From Podarcis cretensis (lineage: Eukaryota), in the NCBI GenBank assembly GCA_951804945.1, contig OX638158.1:33046001-33110000 (forward strand): a stretch of 64,000 bases of DNA, written 5' to 3'. The first letter of the stretch is position 1; each line of letters starts with the position of its first letter. The notes beneath the pieces were generated by a model. That model saw only the letters and a program-made list of their open reading frames with translations. It ran no database searches and had not been told where the DNA came from. A program made the translations under genes and the position numbers. This document shows positions 26,401 through 38,220 of this stretch, one piece after another.

Positions 26401-29400
26401 TTCTTGCTTATACAAATAGTGGTTGGGCAAACAACACAACCTCCTGACATTAAAAAACAGTAGTGATGGGGAACTTCAAATCTCTCCCTAGGACATGCTT
26501 CCTTGCTGGCTCTACTTTGCACCCTCCATCAGTGTTTTCACCTGGCTGTTTTCTTCTTGCTTGCCTGTAGGATGTGTGTAAAAACTAGCCTAATGTACAA
26601 AGGTAATTTATACTTGTTGCTTTGTTCTACTTCTGCCTCTCACCCCACCCACCACTGGCACATGGCTGCTGGAAGGGAAGGCAGCCCTTGAGCTAGTAAT
26701 GGTTCCCCATCCCTGATATGCAGAGAAGAGTACTGCTTTCCCCTCATATTCAAAGAAGCTAGCAGTGCAATCCTCCTATACATGCCTACTGAGAAGCCCC
26801 ACTGAATTCGTTGAGACTTACTCTTAGAGATGTGTGTATAAGCTCACTCAGTGGGTGATATCCAACTAAGTCAGACTCTGAGTAGAGTCAGTAAAATAAA
26901 TGGATTCATAGTGATTTCAGTTGGTGTACTGAATGTGACTTATGTTGACCATCATCCATTATCTTTAGAAACATTCCTATTTTTCCAACAATGGAAGTTT
27001 AGCTACCAGTATAGCCCTTAAAATCTACCTTTCTTTTTCCTATGCAATGACTTGTATAGTATTTCAGCTCTGCAGCCATAACTAGGCAGTACTTGATATT
27101 CAGTTTCAGTTACAGTATATTAGTATAAAAACCTTAAAGAGGGGGCTAGAACACATAGGCTGAGTCTACACAGCAAACATTTAGGACTGTTTAATTGTCA
27201 TGGATTTTCTTTAGGGTTTTGGGAACTGGAGTCAAAACACTGCACTACGTAGTTTGATTCTGCTCAGCTGCAACAAACATTTCAATTTTGTTCAATTCAG
27301 ACTAATAGATATTGCTACCAGTTCTGACATTATTGAATTTGTTTGGCTTAAGTTCACTTTTGAAAAATTAAACACAGTGGTACCTCGGTTTACGAACTTA
27401 ATCTGTTCCAGAAGTCCGTTCTTAAACCAAAACTGTTCTTAAACCAAGGCATGCTTTCCCTAATGAGGCCTCCCGCTGCCCTTCCACCATTCGGATTCTG
27501 TTCTTAGACCGAGGTAAAGTTCTCAAACCAAGACACTATTTCCGGTTTTGCAGAGTTTGTAAACCAAATCATTCTTAAACCAGACTGTTCTTAAACCAAG
27601 GTACCATCAGGTTTGGATCCATATAAGCCTAAGCATAAGGTACTATGATGTATGCATGGGGGACAGAAAGAAATCAATTTTACCATCTAGCAGCAGCCCC
27701 TTGTGTCACATGGGGTGTTTTCCAGGATGCATGGAGACTGTCACTATAAGAAGAAACATTAAAAGTCCTGTATGTGACCAGAACTTTCAGTTCTGTAAAT
27801 CCAAGGCCAGCATTAGAAGGCCAATTATTGTAGATAAGGTGATTAATATGGGGTGGGAAGGTCTACAAATTATCCCACTGTATGGAGCCCTCTCCTGCAA
27901 GTTTGAGAGGACATTGTCCCTGAAGTCAGACACTGCAAATGCTTCCAAAGCACAGTACAACAAGGATAAGCCCCCACCTGCCTCACTGAATTGTTTGGGT
28001 GATGGTGTTTTGTCACTGATATCATGCAGTGCTTTTGAGGCACTTTGAGCCTTTAAAAGCCAGCATTATGTCAGACGTAAGATCTTGCCCTTTCTCCAAG
28101 CTGTGGGAGGGATAGTATTGGGGCAACTACAGATTTTCAGCTGTTCTGAAGTCAACTGAAACATTTGTAGTTCTCTGGTTGAAATGACATGCTGTATGTA
28201 GGGTACCCTTACTTTAATACCGCTAGACAGAAAAGCCTACAACATAGGTGGGAGGAAATGGGGAAGGACCACAGGAGAAATATATGTTGCTCCTAGATTA
28301 TCTGATAATGAAGGATATAAAATGATAAAATATTTGAAGTGTAAATAAAAATTCAATGTCACTCTTTTCCTTACTCAAACACCATTTGCTCCTATGCCAT
28401 CAGATTTGCTTTTCTTGTTTGCCTTGTGGAGTACAGTACTTGCCACAGAACTTGGGATGCTGGGAGGTTGTTGGGACCCTGAAGGTCTGCCTATCTAAGG
28501 CAACTAATGTTTTAACAAACCATACCTATTTTGGCCTCTAGACAAACATGAGGGGGGGAAAGAGCTTTTAACAACAGAGCTTGGCTGACCACTAAAGCAT
28601 CTGAGGCAGCATTCAGTAGTTTGAAAATCCTACTCTGGAATTATCTTTAATGAACAGTGGGTTAAAAATCTTCAAAATAAAAACAAACAAACAGGAATAC
28701 TCTCTTTCCCCTTCTCAACTGGGCTACTTACTGTGTGGTGAGAGAAGCAAGTTCCTCTGGTTTTTCTTCATTTTTCTTCCTCTCTTACCCTTTTCTTGTG
28801 TCCCCATCCCACTCTGTGGTCCTAACTGTCACTTTATTATATTTTCTAAGATCCACCCTCACAATGAAAAAATGTCCCCTACATAAAAAGGCAGCAAGTC
28901 AGGCTATACTAGAACCTTTCTCCTATACATATAGGTTTTTATGTGCAGTGAATTCTAGGATGAGAGACTCAATTATGCCCCAGATCTGCAGTCTAAAGTA
29001 TGTTATAAAGTAAAAATGTTCCTAAAAGATCACTGGCAACTCAATGTTAAATATCAATTTGAGGGCAGTGGGAAAATGTAGCTTAGAAGTGAATATTTCA
29101 TTATCAAGATAGAAGCACATTCACACTGACAAATCTAGATTCTTGATTTTTTATCTTTTTATCTAAGCAGCTATCAAACTGAAATTACGATTTAGCTCCT
29201 GATAAAGCAGCAATGAAGGAACTAGAGCTTAAGAGACACTACCTTAAATTTGCAACTAAGTTTCTAACAGATTTCTAACAGCTTGCATCAAATATCCTAT
29301 ATTGCTGGGGATTGGACTAGATGACCCTTGGGGTCTCTTCCAACTCTATGATTAGTATTTGTTCTTTCCATCCGCTTAGGAGTTCTATAACATCACTCAG

Positions 29401-32400
29401 CTATCTTATGAATTTTTCTTTTTTAAGGAAGCTTTATTTGAACCCCTGCTTATCAAAGAATATTCATTGTGTCCACCTTTCAAGATGAAGAACAACAGCA
29501 AAAAAGAATTTGTGCTGCATGTATATTTCCTGTAGCTCAAGGATTCAGACTGAACTGAGAAATTTGGAATTAGGTTTGCATTGGTCTTAATTTAGTTCAG
29601 GGATGCCCAAGTGGTAGTCTGCAGACTGGATCTAGTTGCTAAAGTAATTTTATCTGGCCCCAGGTAAATGTTTCTTACAAGTGATACCACGGGCAAAAAG
29701 AAAAATGCTTTAAGACAATATACATTTTAATGTGAATGCTCTTGCTATGCCTGACCAATCATGCTTCATAACTGAAATCTCTATTGTTAGATGCTACCAA
29801 TGTTACAGAACCCAAACATCCGCAAAGCATTTCCCTAGATTACTGTCTGGAAAACAACGCAGGCTCCGAGAATACAAAGTCAGACACCTCCAATTTAGGC
29901 ACTCATGCAAAATTCTTTCATTCAGAGTAAGGAAAGATCAAATGAGTATAAGCACCAATGCCTAAGAGGGTTCATAATTAAAAGCTGCTTTGATTCATTC
30001 AACATCATGATTCTACTTCCAACTGATAAAATTAAACATAAGCATGATTACAAAGTGCATTCATTTCTTGTTGACAGGGAAAATATATTTGGAAATCTAG
30101 ACAGAAACTGGAAAGAGATGGTAAAACTCGTATTTTACAAATACAGTGGAAAGGTGACTTAACATGGCAAACTAGCAACACGAATAATTCATTACAGCAA
30201 GATAAGAAAGCAGAGGTTCTGTAGGAAAGCAAATAAATTGGGTCTAGCATATCAATTACTATTCCAGAGGAGGTGGCAGATCAAAATATTTTACCATCAT
30301 GAGAACAGTTCTGCAGGGGTTGGGGTGGGGAGGTGATGTGATGTTATTTTGCTCTGCCTCCAGTTTTATAACATATTTTGATTGAAAATTCAACACTGTA
30401 CTAGTTTCTGCTGCAATCATTTCAAAAGACATAATCATCAATAGGGATTTCATTTCTACAACATCTTAATTAATCATTCTCATAATTTATGTAAATGTGT
30501 GTGTACATCAGTAACAAGAAATGTCATAAACTGGTCTGACACCTCTACATATTTTCAGACAAACTGGGACATGAAATTGCTAAAACCTGTATGGTTAATA
30601 CTTAATGCTATTTTTGCAGCAAAGGAAAATGTATCTCCAAAGTATAAAATAAAATAAAATACGCACTGTTCCAGAGAGGACATCATGAGGGCAGCAGTTG
30701 AGAAGATGACTTTTGCACACTCTGTCATCACTGAATTTGATTCGCTGGCGGGTAGTGTCCCCTGTAACACATAAACAGACATTTCTGATTAGACACATAA
30801 TGTTCCAAAACCAGTGTAGTTTCACTTTTGTTCTTCATTTCACACACACACAAAATTAGAATCTGAAGAACTGGTACTATTTTAACCTTGGTAATTACAT
30901 GTGGTAATTATTTTATGTACCACACAATACTCAAATAATGCAAGAAAGCTAAAAACAGGACTATATGGAATGAGAACTGCCTCAAAAATACAAGTACATA
31001 TGCAACAGATTTTTATTCCTGCTCATATGGACAGCACTTGGCATTAGTATGAACAGCCTTACAAGCATTTACAATACATTTATTGAGTGTCTACTGGTTG
31101 CCAGCAGCCATTTCTTCAAGACATCATTCACAGCAACCTACTTTGGCAGGTTCAAACATACTGAAGAGTTTTTATAAACCTAGAACACTGGAAAAAATAA
31201 AATTCTCCCTAGCAGCATTATTTTAAGACAGCTAAAACCCCATAAGCTGAACACACTGCATCTACATTAATGACAAACAGAGTTCTATAAACACAAACAC
31301 ATCAGCCTGCTTACCACACACTGAAGTCCAATTGCAACTCTAATCAATCACATCTGTGAACAAGGTTGGAAATATTAGGTCTAAATGGAAAACTCAACAC
31401 CTGGCTACTGATTTATTTTCCTTCAAGAAAAGGGACAGTGGAATAGTTACTATTTCAGATCTGAATATGAGGTCCCCGCAAAAGGTATTTCCAGTTTAAA
31501 GATGCAGCAGCAGTTATACAACTCAAGTTATTCAAGTGTTTGTTTGTTTTTAGTTTACCCCTTAAATTATAATTATGTATAATGAAAACCTACTGGTGAA
31601 TTACTGAAGCAGAGGAGAGCTGCTGGGGAAATGGTACGTTTGCAACTTCATCCCAACCTCATTCACCTCAGAGGACAGAGAAGCTTGCTATTATAAATGT
31701 AATCACTATCCTATTTCAATCAACTTGAAATAGGCAACTTTAAGTGCATCTATGCAGTGGTTCTACACTCAAAATTCTAGACTTAATAATTCCATTATGT
31801 TTTTCCAGTTTTAGCTATCTGCCCTATGCAGAACTCAAATGTAGCATTTTCATATGGGCTCTATTCCACTTAAAACATTTGTTGCAGAAATCAAGAGGAT
31901 AATTAGATTAGTAATTCACAAACTAGAATGGCTTCATAGTAGTTCAACAATAGGTTTTCAGAAGCTAAGTCTATAAATTTAACCATTTTATACTAATGAA
32001 AATTTAGAGCTGTCTTTAAGTCATGCCTGCTACTGCAGAAGATTTGAGGAACTGATATGTTTTCCCCTCTTTCTCTTTTTAAAGACACAAGTCGTCGTTC
32101 CACATTAATTAACACATCTGAAAAGTTAGCAATAACTCACGGCTCGGCGAATGCGGGGCCTTTCTGACACTCCCTTGCAGAATGAAGTAGGCAGGCATAG
32201 ATACATTGAACCTTTATAAATAAAACAAGGGGCCAGATTGTTCAGTTTGTATATAATAAACTCTGCCAGCATTTTCATTACAGCATCTAGAAATACATGT
32301 TGAATGTAAAGAATGGTGGGAAACCTGAATAATTTTGTGCCTGGTAGCAATGTGTCAGCCTGTTAGGGGAGTTTAGTGAAAAATAGCCTCCTATAAACTA

Positions 32401-35400
32401 TGGCTGGAAAATATTTTAACTCCTAGGTGTCTGTGTTTTGTTTATTCCCTCCTCTTTCCTCCAGACTGCACAGAAAGCAAATAATATGATGTTGGCTCAA
32501 AAACACTGATTCTGATGCTTAGAATTTGAAGTATTTTTTCCAGACTTGCTTGTAAATATAACTGCTTCCATAAGAAAGTCTAGTTTTTCCCATTACTACA
32601 ACTTATATCAAAATGCAAATCATGACATATGAGTAAACTCTTTAATGACAGACTTGCCAAATTTTAAACAAACAAAAATCAGAATGTTGCTCAGCTATTT
32701 AAAATACAATTTTAGATAAAATCTGATTGCTGTACTCCAGCACCCTTAGTAATTTTGGAGTGAAAAGGAATAATCTTCTACTAATCTACTGCTATATGTT
32801 ACAACGTTCTCATGAAGAGGTTTATTCTTGCAACTGTAGCAATTAATGTATGTGATCACAAACCCTGAGTTCATCTTTAGAAACAGCAGCTTCCTTTTCC
32901 CCCCAAGGTCTCTGGCCCAAACCATATTTCCATATACTACTTGGTAGAGATGGAAGCAATTAATTATATGACATCTCATTTAGGAAAAGCCTGTGAGGAT
33001 AACTGTTACATATACAAATTACACCTTTTGTGGATATTAAAACTCAGCTCCCTCTAAAAATTAAATTATTCATAATCCACCAGATCTTAACTCAGTGGGG
33101 GCCATCATATACCAAAAGCAAAAACCAGATTTCATTTTCACTACAACTCTAAGTATAACCAATGTAAGTATTAAATCAGGTTAAAAAGGTAAAGGTACCC
33201 CTGCCCGTACGGGCCAGTCTTGACAGACTCTGGGGTTGTGCGCCCATCTCACTTAAGAGGCCAGGGGCCAGCGCTGTCCAGAGACACTTCCGGGTCACGT
33301 GGCCAGCATGACATCGCTGCTCTGGCGAGCCAGAGCCGCACACGGAAACGCCGTTTACCTTCCCGCTGGTAAGCGGTCCCTATTTATCTACTTGCACCCG
33401 GAGGTGCTTTCGAACTGCTAGGTTGGCAGGCGCTGGGACCGAGCAGCGGGAGCGCACCCCGCCGCAGGGATTCGAACCGCCGACCTTTCGATCGGCAAGC
33501 CCTAGGCGCTGAGGCTTTAACCCACAGCGCCACCTGCGTCCCATTCTTAAATCAGGTTAGGCCATAGTAAATATATCTAAGTTACACAGTCATTTTAATT
33601 ATGCCTTGTGTATTTTCTTCTTCAGATTACATTTTAAACTATTCAGTATTATTATGGATATTCAATATCTGAACAAGTATGACCTTAAGAGGATATCCAC
33701 AATTATTTTTTAATCATCTCAACTTTTTGATAATTACTATTTTCAGACTGACCAATAACTTTTCCTCCTCCATTCCTATTTCTAGAAATACAATACTAAT
33801 ATTAGTGGAATCCCTTCCATTTAAGGGATCCTATATAGGATGCTAATCAATTACAAGTTGATAAAACAATGCAATAAACAGACAGTTCAGAGTTCACAAA
33901 CAAGCTTAATCGGTACAGCTGTACCTTGTTTTGCGACCGGGATCCATTCCGGAGCCCCAGCCACTAACAAAAAAGGACGCAGGGCAAAGCGCATGCGCAT
34001 GGAATGGTTTGCGCTTCTGCGCATGCACGAGCGGCAAACCCAGAAGTAACCCATTCCGGTATTTCTGGGTTTGCAACGGACATTCGCCGGAATGGACACT
34101 AGACAAGGCGGACGTTCGCGGAGGTATTACTGTGCTGCATTGTAACTATTGGGATTCTGTAGATACAGTGTTATAAGCATCTCCATAGAAGGAGACAATT
34201 ACACAGGTTAACTTTAAAATGTAGCTTAACAAAGCAACTTCAAAATATTATGCAGCAAATATGCAGAATGACAATTAAGCAGTTCACCAAGAGTTTTACC
34301 CTGATGGCCACCATTCAAAATTTCATTCTGCATTTAATGTGCCAATTTTTCCTTCATGGATGAACCTTCTGAAAATGTACAATGAAGAAAGGGTGTACAT
34401 TAGTAGACAAAATCTGCAGTGAAAAGGTCAGGAGGCCAAAGCTCAGAATGAGCTCAGGCTTGCAAGAAAGGTTAATAATAATAATAATGATTCTTTGGTT
34501 GTGTTTGAAACAAGAGGAAGAATAAGCAAGTAGTAGGTTCTCTGCATGGAGAAGACAAAGAAAAAGGCAGAACTGTTCAACATCTACTTTGCCTGTCTTC
34601 ACCCAAGAGGAAAGCAGTGCCCAACCTGGTGATACCAGAATTAATGATGTAAGGAGGAAGCTGCTGCCCAAGATAGGAAAAAAGTGGTAAGGGAACACCT
34701 AGATACTTTAAAATGAATTCAAATCTCCAGGGCCTGGCAAACTGCACCCAAGGGTACTAAAGGAGCTTGTGGGTGTAATCACAGAGCCTCTATCTATAAT
34801 CTTTGTGAAATTTTTGAAAGAAGGCGAGGTCCCTGAACACTGGAGGCGGGCAAATGTTGTACCCATCTTAAAAAGGAGAAAAAAGACCCAGGTAACTAAT
34901 GATTAGTGAGTTTGACAACAACACCAGGAAAGGTTCTGGAACAGACAATTAAACAGTCAGGCTGTGACCACTTAGAAAAGGATGCTATGATTACTAAGGC
35001 TCAGCATGGGTTTCTCAAAAATAAGTCATGCCAGACAAGTCCCATTTTCTTTCTTGATGGCGTTACAAGCTTGGTGGATCAGGAGAACGCTGTGGACATA
35101 GTGTTATCTTGATTTCAGTAAGGCTTTTTGCCAAAGCACCCCATGATATTCTTGCAGAGAAGCTGGTAAAATGTGGGCTGGATGAAGTTACTGTTAGGTG
35201 GATTTGTAATGGGTTGACTGAACCAAAAGAGTGCTCATGAAGAGTACCTCATCATGCTGGGAAAAAGTGGCAAGTAGGGTGCTGCAGGGTTCTATCCTGG
35301 GCCCGTTGTTGTACATCTTTATAAATGACTTGAATTAATTAATTGAGAGGAGGCTCATAAAATTTGCACATGACATCAAATTGGGAGGGGTAGCTAATGC

Positions 35401-38220
35401 CGCCTAAGACAGAATCGGGACCCTAACAGGTTGGAGAACTGGGTCAAAACAAACAAAAGAATTTTAATAAGGACAAATGTAAGGTTCTACACTTAGGTAG
35501 GAAGAACCAGCAGCACCAATATAATATAATATAGGGGACAACTGGCTTGCCAGTAACACTTGTGAAAAGGATCTAGGGGCTAACTTGAGTCAACCATGTG
35601 ATGCAACAACAAAAACCTAATGCTATTCTAGGCTGCATCAACAGAAATCTAGTGTCCCAATCAAAGGAAGTCACAGTATTGCTCTGTTCTGCCTTAATCA
35701 GACCACATCTGGAGTACTGTGTCCAGTTCTGGGCACCACAATTTAAGGACATTGACAAGCTGCAACGTGTGTAGAGGAGGGCGACCAAGATGATAAAGGA
35801 TCTGGAAACCAAGCATTATGAGGAACTGCTGAAGGAGTTGGGTATGTTTAGCCTGGTAAAGAGTCGACAAAGGAGATTTAATAGTCATCTTCAAATATCT
35901 AAAGGGCTGTCACATGGAAGAGGGAGCAAGCTTGTTTTCTCCTGCCCTGGAGGCTAGGACCCAAGGCAATTGATTCAAGTTAAAAGAAAGAAGATTCTGA
36001 CTAAGCACTGGGAAGAACTTTTTGATGGTAAGAGCTCTTCAACAGCATCCATTGCCCTTAAAAAGTTTCTGCATAAAAAACACAGCCAGCATGTGTGAAA
36101 GTTGACCAAGAACAAATCCCCTGCTCTGAAAGAGACAAAAAGTAAAACACATAGGTTTTAAATGAGAAAGTTCTCTCACCTGATCAAGCAACAGTGTAAC
36201 AACATAATTTATTTTAGTCTAAAAGAAACCACCTCTGAACTTTTGTGTAGAGCATAAATATTCATTTCCACACTTAGCATCCCAACTCCAAGTCCACAGT
36301 TTAGTGACTTTGTTATTATCCGTGTACAATGGGATGACCTACCTTCTGCCATACATGAAGCAACAATCAATTGCTTCAGGCGACTTGTTAAAGCATATGT
36401 CATTGCCCAGACATTTCCTGGCCCATGATCTCAGACCCTGTATTTTATTTGTGTGAATTTCCTGAATTCTTGTTTTTATATTTTTAATATTTTGTTAGTA
36501 CTGTTTTATTGGATTTCTGTTGTATTATCGTTCTTAAGTTGTACAATGCTTACAGCTCAGCTTTCCATTAAACAAACAAAACAAAAAATTTGAAAAAGCA
36601 TAGGAAAAGCAACCAAGCTATAAAAACATAAATTTGAAAAATTAATAAAGCTCTCAGCCTTGCTTCTTGCCCAAGACTTGCTTGGTGTGCCAACTCTGAA
36701 ACTGGTAGGGATGCTCTTACAAACTAACTTCTCACAAAAGCCTGCCCACCATGCCCATATATGGTGGGGTGTACTGTAATGTGATGCTATTCCAATGATA
36801 CTGAAGTGGCTAGGGGCTCATATGGACATACATACTTTAAAAGGCTGCCAGGAGAAGCTCATCATCATTTCCCCAAGGACAAATCACATTATAGCTGATT
36901 TAGATGAAACGATAAGAAAGGCTCATAGAATCCTAGATTGAGCAAACTGCCTATGCAAGTTGTTGAATCACTTTATTAAAGTAGCTTTAAAAGACTGAAT
37001 ATGTATCAATATCTACTTTTAATATAGCAATACATTCACTGCTCAATATTTTCCCTTCCTCAATAACCTATTGTGTGCCTGGAATAATAACTTTTTCAGT
37101 AAGGACTAATATTAACTCACTAATGGATGAATGCTTTGAATTCTATTCAAATCTATGAACAGGCCACTAGAATATTTGCTTACTCCTGCTGCTGCTTTTA
37201 CTATGAGACATGTGGTCACAACAGCCCCTTTTCAAAGAATGTACTTCTAAGGTGTTTTATTTCTGGTACCATTGATTTTCAAAGTGAAATTAAAAGGAAA
37301 AAGCTAGAAACAAACGAACTCCCCAGGAGAGCCAGTGTGGTGTTGTGGATAGAGTTGGACTAGGACCTGAGAGACCAGGGTTCAAATCCTGACTCAGCCA
37401 CAATGCTCACTTGGTTACCTTGAGCCAGCCACTGTTTCAAAGACTAACCTACCTCACAGGGCTGTTGTATGAATGGAAAGGGTGGTGGGAACCATGTATG
37501 GTACCTCAAGCTCCTTGGAAGGAAAGGTGGGATATAAATACAATATATAATAAAATACATAAATGCAGAATTTTTAACAGAGCCAGACAATGCCTAAAAT
37601 TTCTATTAAAAAATGCTTCTCTGCAATGTTAGTTATACAGGATTGACTTGAAATGCTGGTTTGGGTCAGATCTCCAGTAGGCAAAACATATATGACAGTT
37701 ACAGTGACCGAAATGACCTGATGCTCCCCCTACCCGGGTCAGAGTAAGGTGAACTGCTGTTTCACTGATGAGCCAAAATGAAGAGTGGCACGGGGAATTT
37801 AATAATTAACTAGTGCAGCCCATATGCTTTTGAGTACTTCACTGCCAACGTTGCCCCTGCGTGCGTTGCAGACCAAAGAGGCGCCCTTTTTCGCAGTAGG
37901 ATGCATCCCTCTCCCGCTCCCTGCACATCCGCATCGGCATACACACGTCCCTCTTACAAATCGTAGTGGCGGCTCCCGAGCGGGGGCCTCTCACCCTGCT
38001 TTAAGCCCCGCCCATGAAGGGGAGGAGAAAGGATCCGCGGCGCAGGACCTGCCAATCATCGCAGTAGGCCTTTCCTGCTCCTTCTGCTCTCTTTCCCCGC
38101 GACCGAGGGGGACGCGCCCCCGCCCTCTCCGAGCCTGACCGGCAGGCAATCATTCTTACCGTCCCGGGAGGTGCCCATAAGCTGGTCCAGCATCGCGCGC
38201 ATTTGGGCCTGTGCCGACAT
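14301..38220 (-). CDS. LUC7L2: LUC7-like 2, U1 snRNP-associated splicing factor, complete CDS, 10 exons, 400 aa
   Basis: join(38160-38220, 30667-30761, 25497-25595, 24461-24571, 23003-23146, 21146-21322, 17917-18008, 17145-17174, 15867-16061, 14301-14499) = 1203 nt. All introns are GT-AG. Starts MSAQAQMRAMLDQLMGTSRDG, has two zinc fingers (CKSHLLNCCPH..CLKVH; CEVCSAYL..HFGGKLH) and an RS domain, and ends EEREAGEI*. Confidence 0.97.
14944..15068. mobile_element. Palindromic hAT-type MITE
   Basis: Near-perfect fold-back: AACTTGGATCTC..ACTACAACTCCCATGAT / ATCATGGGAGTTGTAGT..GAGATCCAAGT; a related terminus is at 63840-63902. Confidence 0.75.
15867..16061 (-). CDS. LUC7L2: LUC7L2 exon 9 (RS domain)
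   Basis: SRSRDRRRHRSRSSSRDRKKR...SSKKR. Confidence 0.95.
17145..17174 (-). CDS. LUC7L2: LUC7L2 exon 8 (30-nt microexon, SRSHSKNPKR)
   Basis: TTTTTTTCAG acceptor, AG|GTAGGT donor, phase preserved. Confidence 0.9.
17917..18008 (-). CDS. LUC7L2: LUC7L2 exon 7
   Basis: RIVADKQEKRNQERLKRREEREKEEREKLRR. Confidence 0.95.
18622..19317. mobile_element. Non-autonomous hAT DNA transposon inserted in CR1
   Basis: TIRs TAGTGATGT / ACATCACTA, subterminal GAATATTCTC-like repeats, perfect 8-bp TSD GTCACAAG (18614-18621, 19318-19325). Confidence 0.88.
19522..20912 (+). mobile_element. Approximately 1.4 kb solo-LTR-like insertion in CR1
   Basis: Interrupts the CR1 tail; TG (19524)...CA (20910); two ATTGG boxes, TATA-like AATAAAAG, AATAAA followed by a GT-rich tract; imperfect flanking ATG(T/C)AC. 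Confidence 0.55.
21146..21322 (-). CDS. LUC7L2: LUC7L2 exon 6 (second zinc finger)
   Basis: EVYRNSMPASSFQQQKLRVCEVCSAYLGLHDNDRRLADHFGGKLHLGFIEIREKLEELR. Confidence 0.96.
23003..23146 (-). CDS. LUC7L2: LUC7L2 exon 5
   Basis: AERVHELNEEIGKLLAKVEQLGADGNVEESQKVMDEVEKARAKKREAE. Confidence 0.96.
23693..23876 (+). mobile_element. tRNA-derived SINE (degenerate)
   Basis: tRNA-like head GGAAGGGCCCTATCTCAATG..TTTGCATGCAGAAGG and tail GCTAGATGGTCCAATGGTC..CCTAAGTTCCT. Confidence 0.6.
24461..24571 (-). CDS. LUC7L2: LUC7L2 exon 4
   Basis: AMDHLQSFIADCDRRTEVAKKRLAETQEEISAEVAAK. Confidence 0.96.
25497..25595 (-). CDS. LUC7L2: LUC7L2 exon 3
   Basis: RMDLGECLKVHDLALRADYEIASKEQDFFFELD. Confidence 0.96.
27375..27606. 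mobile_element. Tc1/mariner (Tigger-like) MITE
   Basis: CAGTGGTACCTCGGTTTA ... TTAAACCAAGGTACCA termini; internal TTCTTAAACC repeats. Confidence 0.75.
29293..29353 (+). mobile_element. CR1 3' terminal fragment
   Basis: TTGGACTAGATGACCCTTGGGGTCTCTTCCAACTCTATGATT. Confidence 0.7.
30667..30761 (-). CDS. LUC7L2: LUC7L2 exon 2
   Basis: GDTTRQRIKFSDDRVCKSHLLNCCPHDVLSGT; weak donor ACA|GTGCGT. Confidence 0.96.
32141..32211 (-). CDS. LUC7L2: LUC7L2 71-nt cassette exon (poison exon; internal ATG gives MPAYFILQGSVRKAPHSPSR)
   Basis: TTTTATTTATAAAG acceptor, GCC|GTGAGT donor; frameshifts the exon-1 ORF; ATG at 32198 is in frame with exon 2. Confidence 0.75.
33184..33542 (-). mobile_element. Sauria SINE, full length, young
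   Basis: tRNA-like head GGGACGCAGGTGGCGCTGTGGGTTAAAGC.., B box GGTTCGAATCC, ACCTTT-repeat tail, CpG-rich; 13-bp TSD TTAAATCAGGTTA (33171-33183, 33547-33559). Confidence 0.92.
33916..34132. mobile_element. Tc1/mariner (Tigger-like) MITE
   Basis: TA-CAGCTGTACCT ... GAGGTATTACTG termini; CpG-rich interior with GCGCATGCG repeats. Confidence 0.65.
34380..36045 (+). mobile_element. CR1 LINE ORF2 (reverse transcriptase) fragment, degraded
   Basis: Translated remnants SLTTTPGKVLEQTIK..QHGFLKNKSCQT..VDIV, QGSILGPLL..FINDL and FAHDIKLG; frameshifted. Confidence 0.9.
36343..36403 (-). CDS. LUC7L2: Candidate alternative N-terminal coding segment of LUC7L2 (MTYALTSRLKQLIVASCMAEG)
   Basis: ATG plus 61 nt ending at the phase-1 donor AAG|GTAGGT, in frame with exon 2; upstream U-rich tract and possible acceptors at 36561 and 36618. 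Confidence 0.45.
37327..37563 (+). mobile_element. tRNA-derived MIR-like SINE
   Basis: GAGAGCCAGTGTGGTG..GGGTTCAAATCC (B box), CCTACCTCACAGGG core, AT-rich tail. Confidence 0.75.

Noticed and set aside
27375-27606. Recurring TTCTTAAACC units resembling a CRISPR-like array
   Set aside because: Irregular spacing inside a mariner-type MITE in a eukaryotic intron; these are subterminal repeats.
31677-31720. Possible further cassette exon in LUC7L2 intron 1 (AG..GAG|GTGAAT)
   Set aside because: No convincing polypyrimidine tract and a weak donor; cannot be supported without RNA data.
34380-36045. Possible active reverse transcriptase gene
   Set aside because: Truncated CR1 with frameshifts, stops and a degenerate catalytic motif (FAHD instead of FADD).
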